Positions 32,136-41,148 of a stretch of DNA of 64,000 nt are shown in pieces; position 1 is the stretch's first letter; every line of letters begins with the position of its first letter. The notes beneath the pieces were generated by a model, which saw nothing but the letters and a program-made list of their open reading frames with translations, had not been told where the DNA came from and made no database searches. Origin of the DNA: Candidatus Eiseniibacteriota bacterium (GTDB lineage Bacteria; Eisenbacteria; RBG-16-71-46); NCBI GenBank assembly GCA_963725865.1, contig CAVSAC010000012.1, positions 1,248,001 to 1,312,000 on the forward strand, given 5' to 3'. A program made the translations under genes and the position numbers.

Positions 32136-33422
32136 TCAGGCCTCGGCCTTCCTGCCGAAGTCCCGCTCGAGCGGGATCGCCAGCGCCACCAGGAAGCTCG
32201 GCACGGTCGCCAGGATCACCCACACGAAGAAGTGGCGGTAGCCGATGTGGTCCTGCAGCCACCCGCTCCACATCCCGGGCAGCATCATGCCGAGCGCCAT
32301 GAAGCCGGTGCAGATCGCGTAGTGCGCCGTCTGATGCTCGCCGCGCGAGATGTGGATCATGTACATCAGGTAGGCGGTGAAGCCGAAGCCGTAGCCGAAC
32401 TGCTCGATCGCCACGCACAGCTGCACCAGCAGCAGATGGCTGGGCTGGGCGTACGCGAGGTAGATGAAGATCGCATCCGGCAGGTGGATCGCGAGCAGCA
32501 TCGGCCACAGCCAGGTCTTCAGGCCATGCCGCGCCACCGCCCAGCCGCCGAGGATCCCGCCCAGCGCCAGCGCCGCCGGCGAGACGGTGCCGTAGACGAA
32601 TCCCACCAGCGTGGTGCTGAGCCCGAGCCCGCCCTGGGCGGGCGCGTCGAGCAGGAACGGCGCCGCCATCTTCACCAGCTGCGCCTCGCCGAAGCGGTAG
32701 AGCAGCAGGAACAGGAGCAGCACCCCGATGCGCGGCTTGCGGAAGAACGAGCCGAACGTGGCGAGGAACTCGCGGATGAACTGCGGGATCCGCCGCGCCT
32801 CGCCCGGGCGGTCGACCGCCGGGCGCGGCAGCACGAAGCGGTGCCACACGCCGAACACCACGAACAGCGCGGCGAGGCAGCCCATCCCGACCGACCACGC
32901 GAGGGTCACGCTGTGCGTGCGGCTCTCGATCGTTCCGGCCAGCATCACCAGCAGACCCTGCCCCGCGATCATCGCGATCCGGTAGAAGGTGCTGCGCACG
33001 CCGACGAAGAACGACTGCTGCCGCTCGGTGAGCGCCAGCATGTAGAAGCCGTCCGCGGCGATGTCGTGGGTGGCGGAGTTGAACGCCATCAGCCAGAAGA
33101 TCGCGAGCGTCCAGCGGAACATGTGCGGCCCCGGCACCGTCAGCGCCACGCCGGCGAGCCCCGCGCCGATCACCAGCTGGCTCGCCCAGATCCAGCGCCG
33201 GCGGGTGGCCAGCAGGTCGACCACCGGCGACCACAGCGGCTTGATGACCCACGGCAGGTAGAGCCAGCTCGTGTAGAGGGCGATGTCGGTGTTCGAGAAC
33301 TTGAAGCCCTTGTACATGATGACCGACACCGTCATCACGACCACGTACGGGAGCCCCTCGGCCAGGTAGAGCGAGGGGATCCAGGCCCAGGGCGAGCGGG
33401 TGCGGGACGGCGCTTCGATCAT
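32136..33422 (-). CDS. ampG: AmpG-family MFS permease
   Basis: LYLAEGLP, LPWVIKPLWSP, SATHDIAADG, TAHYAICTG. Confidence 0.85.
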   Translation of the reverse strand: MIEAPSRTRSPWAWIPSLYLAEGLPYVVVMTVSVIMYKGFKFSNTDIALYTSWLYLPWVIKPLWSPVVDLLATRRRWIWASQLVIGAGLAGVALTVPGPHMFRWTLAIFWLMAFNSATHDIAADGFYMLALTERQQSFFVGVRSTFYRIAMIAGQGLLVMLAGTIESRTHSVTLAWSVGMGCLAALFVVFGVWHRFVLPRPAVDRPGEARRIPQFIREFLATFGSFFRKPRIGVLLLFLLLYRFGEAQLVKMAAPFLLDAPAQGGLGLSTTLVGFVYGTVSPAALALGGILGGWAVARHGLKTWLWPMLLAIHLPDAIFIYLAYAQPSHLLLVQLCVAIEQFGYGFGFTAYLMYMIHISRGEHQTAHYAICTGFMALGMMLPGMWSGWLQDHIGYRHFFVWVILATVPSFLVALAIPLERDFGRKAEA

Positions 33423-33540
33423 GTGGGAGGCCGCCGGGGTGGGATGTCGATGCCTGCGAACGCTCCCGTGTAGCACGCGTGCGTGGTGATGAGCAAGGGC
33501 AAGCACGCCGGGTTATGCTGCGCGGCGCGAGGGACACTCC

Positions 33541-33813
33541 ATGCCGGCATTCGAGCAGGACTTCCTTCTGCGCCAGATCCGCATGCTGGCGCAGGCGATC
33601 ACCGAGATCGTGCGCAAGGCGCACCTCGACGGCTCGTACGCCGCGGGCATCGACGCGCTGCGCCGCGCGGCCGGCGAGGGCGACGAGGCCCGCCGGCTGA
33701 CCGATCGTGCCGCGGCACTCTACGCCGAGTGTGCGCTCCGCTTCCCGGGCGAAGCGCCGGCGTGCGAAGCCGCCGCACGCGCCCTCGGCGAGCCACACGA
33801 GCCGCGCGGCTGA
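33541..33813 (+). CDS. Small hypothetical protein
   Basis: SD GAGGG, MPAFEQDFLLRQIRMLAQAI helical protein. Confidence 0.55.
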   Translation: MPAFEQDFLLRQIRMLAQAITEIVRKAHLDGSYAAGIDALRRAAGEGDEARRLTDRAAALYAECALRFPGEAPACEAAARALGEPHEPRG

Positions 33814-34105
33814 CCCGGCGTCCGCGCCGCTCCCGGCGCCAGCCCCCTTATATAGAGGAGGCGGGGGCTCGCGGCGGCCCCGCGCCGTGCAAACTGCACG
33901 CCCCGCGCGTGCCGGGCTGCGAGTCCGCCGCGCCCCCTCCTTCCGCCGTCGGGAGCCGTCGGCACCACGATGATCGGGCGCACCTCACTCCGCACTGAGG
34001 ACCGAGGCTCGCGCCGCCGATGACTTGGAAGCGCGGATCCGCCTGCCGGCACATCGCTCGCGTGACACCGGCGGAGCCTCGACCGCAAGCAAGGGAGGCA
34101 TTGCG

Positions 34106-35116
34106 ATGGCATCACCGGACAAGGCGCTGGGTCTCCTGCTGGAGCTCGGCAACCCCGGCGCGCGCCGGACGCGGACGGAGCAACTCGATCACGTGCTGCG
34201 CACGGTGCTGGCGCTGACCGACGGCGACGCGGCGGTGGTGTTCGCGCCGACCGGACGTCGCAGCGAGCGCATGGTCCTGCACGCGGGCAGCGTCGCGACC
34301 GCGCTGTTGCCGCCGCCCTCCCCGGACAGCCCGATCCTGCACTCGCTCGGCGAGCAGTCGGAGCCGCTGGCGCTCGTCGATCTCGCGGAGGACGCGCGGC
34401 TGGTCGCCAGCGACGGCTGCCCGGGCGTCGAGGCGGGGCCGGTGATGTACACGGCACTGCGCCAGCGTGATCCGGCGCCCGGCTACCTGGCGGTGTACCG
34501 CCGGCGCGGGCGCGCCCGCTTCGCGACCGCCGAGATCCGCTCGATGGTGCTGCTGGCGGCGAGCCTCGCGAACTCGCTCGAGGTCCTGCGCCTGTCGAGC
34601 GGCGCCGAGAAGCTGGCGCTGACCGACGACCTCACGCAGGTCTACAACGCACGCTTCCTCAAGGCGGCCCTCAAGCGCGAGCTGAAGCGCGCGGGGCGCT
34701 TCGGCCAGGAGCTCTCGCTGGTGCTCGTGGGGCTCGATCGCTACGAGACGCTCTGCCAGCAGAATGGCGAGCTGCGTGGGAGCGCGCTGCTCAAGGAGAC
34801 GGCGGTGCTGCTGGCGCATCAGGTGCGTTCGTTCGACCTCATGTCGCGCTTCGGCGGCGACCAGTTCATGGTCGTCCTGCCGCAGACCGACCAGGACGGG
34901 GCACTCCAGGTCGCCGAACGCATGCGCGCCGCGGTCGAGTTCCACCCGTTCACCTCGATGCCCGCGGGCACGATCACCGCGAGCATCGGCGTGTCGACGT
35001 TTCCGCAGGAAGGTGCCGAGGCTCCGGCGCTGCTCGCGGCGGCCGAGCGCGCGCTGGCCCGTGCGCAGCAGCGCGGGAGCAACCGCGTCGAGTCGTACCA
35101 GGGCCGCGCCGCCTGA
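34106..35116 (+). CDS. GAF + degenerate GGDEF protein
   Basis: ALTDDLTQVYN, RSFD I-site, RFGGDQF, TASIGVSTFP. Confidence 0.9.
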   Translation: MASPDKALGLLLELGNPGARRTRTEQLDHVLRTVLALTDGDAAVVFAPTGRRSERMVLHAGSVATALLPPPSPDSPILHSLGEQSEPLALVDLAEDARLVASDGCPGVEAGPVMYTALRQRDPAPGYLAVYRRRGRARFATAEIRSMVLLAASLANSLEVLRLSSGAEKLALTDDLTQVYNARFLKAALKRELKRAGRFGQELSLVLVGLDRYETLCQQNGELRGSALLKETAVLLAHQVRSFDLMSRFGGDQFMVVLPQTDQDGALQVAERMRAAVEFHPFTSMPAGTITASIGVSTFPQEGAEAPALLAAAERALARAQQRGSNRVESYQGRAA

Positions 35117-35164
35117 GCGCGGGCCGCCGGGCGGCGCGCATCGCGCGTCGCGGCGACCGCCGGC

Positions 35165-35896
35165 CTACTTGAACACCAGGTGGGCCACGGTGGTCTCGAG
35201 GTCCCAGTAGATCAGCGCCACCGCGGTGACGTCGAACGCGGCGTGCGCCACCATGAGCAACGGGAGCCGACCGGTCACGGCGAAGATCGATCCGAACACC
35301 AGACCCGTGACGAGCGCCTGCTCCACTCCCGGCAGCCCCTGGTTCGCGTAGTGGGCCAGTCCGAACAGCCCGGACGTGAGCACCACGATCGCGACCTTTG
35401 CCGCGGTGCTGGCGCCGAACAGCCGGCCGAGCCGCTCGAACAGGAAGCCGCGGAACACGGTCTCCTCCCCGAAGCCCGCGCCGACGATCACGGCGTACAA
35501 CATCGCGGGCAGCGCCGCGGTGTTCCCCACCAGGTAGTGGTAGGCGCTGTTGACGGGCGGGGCCCCGAGCAGCGGCATCACGATCGCCTTCATCGCGAAC
35601 TTGAACGCGACGCCGAAAGCGATGCCCGCGACGATGGTTCGCGGCCAGCTCGCCGGCCGTACGAACCCGATCGCGCGCCACGGGGTGCGCGACCACCGCG
35701 CCCACGCCAGCACCAGGATCGCGCTGAGCGGCAGCACGAGGAGGTTGCCCGCGAGGATGACCAGGATCGCGAGGATGCCGACCGGGCCGAAGCCGCGAAG
35801 GCGCTCGGCGAATGCGTCGTCCACCGCCGGCGGGGCCGGCGTGCCCAAGGGATGTTCGGACGTCGCGGGCGGCGATCCCGGGATGTCGCTCGTCAT
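35165..35896 (-). CDS. CPBP-family intramembrane metalloprotease
   Basis: EETVFRG, FGLAH, AHAAFD. Confidence 0.9.
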   Translation of the reverse strand: MTSDIPGSPPATSEHPLGTPAPPAVDDAFAERLRGFGPVGILAILVILAGNLLVLPLSAILVLAWARWSRTPWRAIGFVRPASWPRTIVAGIAFGVAFKFAMKAIVMPLLGAPPVNSAYHYLVGNTAALPAMLYAVIVGAGFGEETVFRGFLFERLGRLFGASTAAKVAIVVLTSGLFGLAHYANQGLPGVEQALVTGLVFGSIFAVTGRLPLLMVAHAAFDVTAVALIYWDLETTVAHLVFK

Positions 35897-36140
35897 GGGG
35901 AGGTCCTCGCGTGAGTCGTGAACGGCGACAGCCTGCCCGCGTCCCTCCCCGCCGCGCAAGGGCCATCTGAGCGAGTGCCATCTGAGCGAGCCCGCCGGCC
36001 AGGCAACGGGCCCGGCTCCGCCGCCGGCCGCGCCGTTCGAACGGCCACGCGGACCCGGATCGCCCCCGAGGGTAGAATCCGGGCCGCGTCGCGATGTCCG
36101 GCGAGGAAGCAGAGGAGTGACTCATGGCGGAGGGCCCAGC

Positions 36141-37313
36141 GTGAACGATCGACCGGCGAGGCCGGCGGCGCTGCGCGAACTCGCGCTGCTGTTCCTGCGG
36201 CTCGGGACCACGGCGTTCGGGGGACCGGCCGCGCACATCGCCCTGATGGAGGACGAGGTCGTCCGCCGGCGCGCGTGGCTGAGCCGCGAGGAGTTCCTCG
36301 ACCTGCTCGGCGCGACCCACCTCATCCCGGGGCCCAACTCGACCGAGCTGGCGATCCACCTGGGCCACCGGCGCGCGGGCTGGCCCGGGCTGCTGGTCGC
36401 GGGCACGTGCTTCGTGCTGCCCGCCAGCCTGGTCACGCTGGCCTTCGCCTGGGCCTACGTGCGCTACGGCTCCCTCCCCGCGGCGCAGAGCGTGCTCTAC
36501 GGCGTGAAGCCCGCGGTGATCGCGGTCATCCTGCAGGCGCTGTGGTCGCTGGGGCGCACCGCGCTCAAGTCCCGGTTCCTCGTGGCGCTGGCGCTGGCGT
36601 CGGTGGCCGCGAGCCTCCTCGGCGCGAACGAGCTGTTGCTGCTGCTGCTCGCGGGTGCGATCGCCGCGACGGCGCAGCGGGCGATGTCGCCGCGCAGGCC
36701 GGGCGCGGGAGTGTCCGCTTGGGTGCCGCTCGGACTGGCCGCGTCCGCGGGCTCCGCCCCCGCCGCCGGCGCCGCTGGCGCCGTCGCGTTCGGCCTGCTG
36801 CCGCTGTTCCTGTTCTTCCTCAAGGTCGGAGCCGTGCTGTTCGGCAGCGGCTACGTGCTGCTCGCCTTCCTTCGCGCGGATCTCGTCGAGCGCTGGCACT
36901 GGCTCTCCGAATCCCAATTGCTCGACGCGGTCGCGGTCGGACAGCTCACGCCCGGTCCGGTCTTCACGACCGCGACGTTCATCGGCTACGTGCTGGGCCG
37001 CACCCCCGGGGCGACCGTCGCGACGATCGGCATCTTCCTGCCGGCATTCGTGTTCGTGGCGCTGAGCGCGCCGCTGGTGCCGCGGCTGCGTCGCTCGCCC
37101 ACCGCGGGCGCGTTCCTCGACGGCGTCGTGGTCGCCTCGCTCGCCCTCATGGCCACCGTGGCGTGGCACCTCGGGCGCAGCGCCCTGGTCGACCCGCTCG
37201 CTGTCGGGCTGGCGATCGCGAGCGCGATCGCGCTGTTCCGTTTCCGCGTGAGCTCGCTGTGGCTGATCGTCGCGGGCGCGCTGATCGGGCTGCTGGGACA
37301 CGGCGGCGGGTGA
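36141..37313 (+). CDS. chrA: Chromate transporter (long-chain CHR)
   Basis: AFGGPAAHIA, PGPNSTE, FGSGYVL, TPGPVF. Confidence 0.93.
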   Translation: MNDRPARPAALRELALLFLRLGTTAFGGPAAHIALMEDEVVRRRAWLSREEFLDLLGATHLIPGPNSTELAIHLGHRRAGWPGLLVAGTCFVLPASLVTLAFAWAYVRYGSLPAAQSVLYGVKPAVIAVILQALWSLGRTALKSRFLVALALASVAASLLGANELLLLLLAGAIAATAQRAMSPRRPGAGVSAWVPLGLAASAGSAPAAGAAGAVAFGLLPLFLFFLKVGAVLFGSGYVLLAFLRADLVERWHWLSESQLLDAVAVGQLTPGPVFTTATFIGYVLGRTPGATVATIGIFLPAFVFVALSAPLVPRLRRSPTAGAFLDGVVVASLALMATVAWHLGRSALVDPLAVGLAIASAIALFRFRVSSLWLIVAGALIGLLGHGGG

Positions 37314-37326
37314 CGCCCGGTCCCGC

Positions 37327-37671
37327 TCAGGAGCCGGCTTCCGGCCCCCCGTAGCTCACGATCCGCACCGCCTCCAGCGTGACGAGTCCCTCCTGCACGA
37401 GCGTGTCGACCTCCTGCATGTAGCGCCGGATGGCTGCGTCGGAATCGACCAGCTCGATCACCACCGGCAGGTCGCTCGAGAGCTCCGCCAGCTTGGCGGT
37501 GTGCATGCGGGAATGGCGGCCGAAGCCCAGCGGCCCGTGCAGCACCGTCGCCCCGGAGAGTCCCAGCGCGTGCGCGCGCTGGACGAGCACCTTGTAGAGC
37601 GGCTGGCCCTCATGGCGGTCGGAGTCCCCGATGAAGATGCGCAGCAACGTGCCTTCGCTCGTCCGGATCAT
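37327..37671 (-). CDS. DUF190 (PII-like) protein
   Basis: LLRIFIGDSD, GATVLHGPLGFG, LSSDLPVVIE. Confidence 0.9.
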   Translation of the reverse strand: MIRTSEGTLLRIFIGDSDRHEGQPLYKVLVQRAHALGLSGATVLHGPLGFGRHSRMHTAKLAELSSDLPVVIELVDSDAAIRRYMQEVDTLVQEGLVTLEAVRIVSYGGPEAGS

Positions 37672-38024
37672 GATGCGGTCTCCTTCCCGCCCCCGCGATA
37701 GTGCACGACGCGCGCGCGCTCGAGCGTCACCCGCACCGCGTGGCCCGCGAGCATCGGCTCGACTGCGGCCAGGAACCGTTGCAGATTCTCCTCCGAGTCC
37801 ACGATCTCGAGCACGACCGGATGCTCGACCTGCAGCCCGTGGACGTGCTCGCCGAGGATGCGCCCGCGATCCACGTAGCCGTAGACCCCGGTCAGCACGG
37901 TGGCGCCGGCGAGATGCTCCTTGCGCGCCCGCCCGACCAGCGCCTCGTACAGCGGACTCGTGTGCCAGCGGGCGAAGTTGCTCAGGTGCAGCCGCAGCAG
38001 GACTTGATCGCCTTCGAGCTTCAC
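37668..38024 (-). CDS. DUF190 (PII-like) protein, divergent copy
   Basis: PLYEALV, AGATVLTGVYGY, PVVLEIVDSEE; GTG start overlaps crcB stop. Confidence 0.85.
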   Translation of the reverse strand: MKLEGDQVLLRLHLSNFARWHTSPLYEALVGRARKEHLAGATVLTGVYGYVDRGRILGEHVHGLQVEHPVVLEIVDSEENLQRFLAAVEPMLAGHAVRVTLERARVVHYRGGGKETAS

Positions 38025-38407
38025 AGCAGGCCTCCGAGCGCCGGCGTGAACAGGATGCCGAGGCGCACGCCGGCCAGACCCGCGACGACGCTCAGGACGA
38101 TGTTGAGGAGCGCGCGCACCCAGGCGCCGTCGTGGAACAGGCTGTGCGTCTCGTAGGCGAACGACGAGAACGTGGTGAGCGAGCCGAGGAAGCCCACGAT
38201 CATCACCAGCCGGACGACCTCGGGCCGGTCGACGAGCCGCCCGGTCACCATTGTCGCGACGACGCCGATCGCGAGGCATCCGCCGGCGTTCACGACGAAG
38301 GTGCCGTACGGGAACGCGGTGCCCAGCCACTGGGCCATGACGCGGTTCACCAGGTAGCGCGCGTTGGCGCCCAGCACGGCGCCGAGCGAGATCCAGAGGA
38401 ACGGCAT
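38021..38407 (-). CDS. crcB: Fluoride channel Fluc/CrcB
   Basis: GANARY, FPYGTFVVN, GFLGSLTTFSSF. Confidence 0.95.
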   Translation of the reverse strand: MPFLWISLGAVLGANARYLVNRVMAQWLGTAFPYGTFVVNAGGCLAIGVVATMVTGRLVDRPEVVRLVMIVGFLGSLTTFSSFAYETHSLFHDGAWVRALLNIVLSVVAGLAGVRLGILFTPALGGLL

Positions 38408-38432
38408 GAGGCGCGAGATGGTCGACCTCCAC

Positions 38433-38473
38433 AAAAAAAGACTCCGGGCCTCCGCGGACGGAGGTCAGGAGTC
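38433..38473 (-). terminator. Riboswitch expression-platform terminator
   Basis: GACTCC...GGAGTC stem followed by T7; overlaps 3' end of aptamer. Confidence 0.85.
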
Positions 38474-38520
38474 ATCAGCCCGCGCTCGCTGCGGGCGGTT
38501 CGAGGCGAACTCCATCGCCG
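38467..38520 (-). ncRNA. Fluoride riboswitch
   Basis: GGCGATGGAGTTCGCC..AACCGCCCGC..GCGGGCTGATGACTCCT consensus upstream of crcB. Confidence 0.95.
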
Positions 38521-38603
38521 AACGACTGTGCGGCTACGTTAGGGAAGATCGGCGAGCGAGGTCAAGGGGATTGGGCGGGACGGGCCGCTCGCGGCACGCG
38601 CGA

Positions 38604-39776
38604 TCAGTCGCGCGGCGGGCGGTCGTCCGCCGCGATCACCCGGCCTTCGCGCAGGCGCACGCGATGCAGGACGATGCCCAGCTCGTGCTCGTAGCGGCGG
38701 ACCAGCCGGACCTCGTTGGCGGTCATCAGGCTCACCGCCTCGCCCTTTGCCCTCGCGCGCGCCGTGCGGCCCACGCGATGCAGGTACGCCTTGCTCTGCG
38801 TGGGCACGTCGAGGTTGATCACGTGCGTTACGCCCGCGATGTCGAGCCCGCGCGCCGCCACGTCGGAGGCCACCAGCACGCGCGCCCGGGCGCTGCGGAA
38901 GTCAGCCATCGCCCGCTGGCGGCCGAGCTTGTCGATCCCCGCATGCAGCTCCGCGACCGGGACCTGGTGATGGGCGAGCTGCGCCGCGACCCGCTCGGCC
39001 GTCGCGTTGAGATGCGCGAACACCAGCGCGCGCTCCGGGCGCAGCGCGTGCAGGAGTTGCCGCAGCACGCGCGGCTTGTCGCGCTCCTCGCAGACCAGGT
39101 AGCGGTGGACGATCTCCGCATTCACGGCCGCCACTCCGGGCCGCAGCATGGCCACGCCGGGCGCGAGCGTCGCGATCGCGTCCGCGCTCTCGGGCTGCTC
39201 CGTCGCCGAAGCGAAGATCAGCTGTCGACCCTTCGGCATGCCCTGGACGATCGCGCGGACGACCGGCAGCCCCTCCTCGATCATCAAGCGGTCGGCCTCG
39301 TCGACCACGACCGTGCGCACACCCAGCGTCTTGAGCTTGCCCATGCCCATCAGTTCGCGAATGCGGCCCGGCGAGCCGACCACCACGTGCGGCTTGCTCT
39401 TGAGCTTGTCGAGCTGACGCTCCATCGACGTGCCGCCGATGAGCAGCAACGAGCGGATCGGCCAGCCGGCATTCTGGGCGAGGTCGCAGGCCTGCCGGTG
39501 GATCTGGATCGCCAGCTCGTGGGTGGGCGCGAGGACCACGGCCTGCGTCGCCGCGCGGGCCGCCTCGATCCGTCCGAAGATCGGCAGCAGATACGCGAGC
39601 GTCTTGCCGGTGCCCGTCTCGGCGTTCAGGTACGCGTCGCGGCCCTCGAACAGCACCGGCAGCGCCAGCTGCTGAATGGGCGTGGGTTCGGTGATGCCCT
39701 GCTTCGCGAGGGCCGCGACGAGGTCGGTGGCGACGCCGAGCTCAGCGAACGTGATGACGGCACCGCGGCGCGGCAT
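38604..39776 (-). CDS. DEAD-box RNA helicase
   Basis: PTPIQ, AETGTGKT, PTHEL, DEAD, SAT, ARGLD, HRVGRTAR. Confidence 0.95.
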   Translation of the reverse strand: MPRRGAVITFAELGVATDLVAALAKQGITEPTPIQQLALPVLFEGRDAYLNAETGTGKTLAYLLPIFGRIEAARAATQAVVLAPTHELAIQIHRQACDLAQNAGWPIRSLLLIGGTSMERQLDKLKSKPHVVVGSPGRIRELMGMGKLKTLGVRTVVVDEADRLMIEEGLPVVRAIVQGMPKGRQLIFASATEQPESADAIATLAPGVAMLRPGVAAVNAEIVHRYLVCEERDKPRVLRQLLHALRPERALVFAHLNATAERVAAQLAHHQVPVAELHAGIDKLGRQRAMADFRSARARVLVASDVAARGLDIAGVTHVINLDVPTQSKAYLHRVGRTARARAKGEAVSLMTANEVRLVRRYEHELGIVLHRVRLREGRVIAADDRPPRD

Positions 39777-39943
39777 GAGTCATGGGGTGGCCTCCCGGCG
39801 GAGCGATGATGCGTGGACTGTGCGCAGCCGTCGCGAACGTCGCGAGTTCAGGCTGGGGTTTCGTGGCGGCGAGTGTACGCCACCTCGCGCCCGGCCTCCG
39901 CACGGCGCATCGACGTCGCATTCGAGGATGTGGACATGTCCTG

Positions 39944-40133
39944 ACCCGGGGGAAGCGTCAATCCACCGAGATTCCCCGCTGCCGTGACCGGAGCGAGTGT
40001 CCGTCCCGCCGCGTCGTTGTACGCCGTCGTCAGGTCGGCCATCGCCTGTGCCGATGTGGGATCGCCTGCGTGCTTCGTGCCGGTGAGCGTGCCGGGAGGG
40101 AATCCGGTCCCCGCGGTGCCCGGGCTCACGCCC
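39944..40133 (-). pseudogene. Fragment of DUF3494 ice-binding-like protein
   Basis: GFPPGTLTGTKHAGDPTSAQAMADLTTAYNDAAGR...AGNLGGLTLPPG with both ends missing. Confidence 0.75.
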
Positions 40134-40181
40134 CGGATCACTTCAGGGCGCTGCGGTGACGTGGATTGCGCGGCAGTTGAG

Positions 40182-40258
40182 TGGTGGCCCCGGCTGGAGT
40201 CGAACCAGCGGCACGCGGTTTAGGAAACCGCTGCTCTATCCGTCTGAGCTACGGGGCC
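40182..40258 (-). tRNA. tRNA-Arg(CCT)
   Basis: GGCCCCGTAGCTCAGACGGATAGAGCA-GCGGT-TTCCTAA-ACCGC...GGTTCGACTCC...GGGGCCACCA. Confidence 0.97.
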
Positions 40259-40266
40259 ACAATGAG

Positions 40267-40972
40267 TTAGGAAATGCTGGTGGTCCTTCTGGTGGCCCTT
40301 TCCCCCATCTTCACTCGCTCGGCCATCACGATCTCATCAGTTAGACGAGCGTAACGCTGAGTGGTGACTATGGAGGCGTGACCGAGGACCTGCTGCAAAG
40401 CCGCCAAACTTCCACCACTCTCGAGCCACTCGCAAGCGAACGTGTGACGGAGTTGGTGTGCGTGGAATCGTGACAACCCCGTCGACTTCCGGACGGTGCG
40501 GCTGAACGACCCGGATGCGTGCTCCGCGAACGGCACCAGGCGACCCACGTGGGTTCGAATCTCGGCCAGGAGTTCTCCGTCGAGCGGCACCCGTCGGATC
40601 TTCGACGACTTCGTCTGAGACACGACGAGGAACCCGCGCTCCACGTCACTTGCCTGCGCCCTGGTCAGCTCGGCCCATCTAAGACCAGTCCCGAGAGCGA
40701 GCCGACAGATGAATCCGTAGGGCTCCGGCAGGGAGCGCAGGGCTTCCGCTTCGCCGTTCGTCAGCCGGTCCGGCGGCCGCTCCTGAATCTTCGGCAGCAG
40801 CCGTCTCGGAATCGGAGACCGCTGAACGAGCCCCGTGTCTTCACACCAGCGGAGGAGGCACCGGGCATCGGCCAGCAAGTGGCTGACGCTTTGGACTGAC
40901 AGTTTCTGGTTCTCGAGGTACAAGCGATAGCTCCGCAGGTGTTCGCTCGTGAGACGCGACAGCAGGTAGTGA
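40267..40972 (-). pseudogene. Tyrosine integrase, N-terminus deleted
   Basis: TGLRWAE, TKSSK, HQLRH, LGH, TQRY all present; frame extends upstream only to about HYLLSRLTSEHLRSY with no convincing start. Confidence 0.85.
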
Positions 40973-40997
40973 CGACTCGAGTCGTGCCAACTCGCCC

Positions 40998-41147
40998 AAC
41001 GCGACGCGGCCTTCGAGTGGCTGGAGCGTGCTGTCGCCTAGCGCGACTCCGGTGTCGCCCTGGCCAAGGTGAACCCGCTGCTCCAATCGCTCCACTCCGA
41101 TCCGCTGCGGCGACTGCTCTCTGCGCAAGCTGGGGCTCGCGGACTGA
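40998..41147 (+). pseudogene. C-terminal TPR tail fragment of a TolB/kinase-type protein
   Basis: RDAAFEWLERAVA*RDSGVALAKVNPLLQSLHSDP then shifted LRKLGLAD*. Confidence 0.65.
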
Positions 41148-41148
41148 A

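Noticed and set aside
30340..33798. Many long antisense or shadow ORFs (e.g. 1152 aa here, 864 aa at 6459-9053)
   Set aside because: They overlap well-supported genes and carry no recognisable motifs.
33885..33902. c-di-GMP riboswitch upstream of the GGDEF gene
   Set aside because: GTGCAAACTGCAC only superficially resembles the motif; second stem and tetraloop receptor not found.
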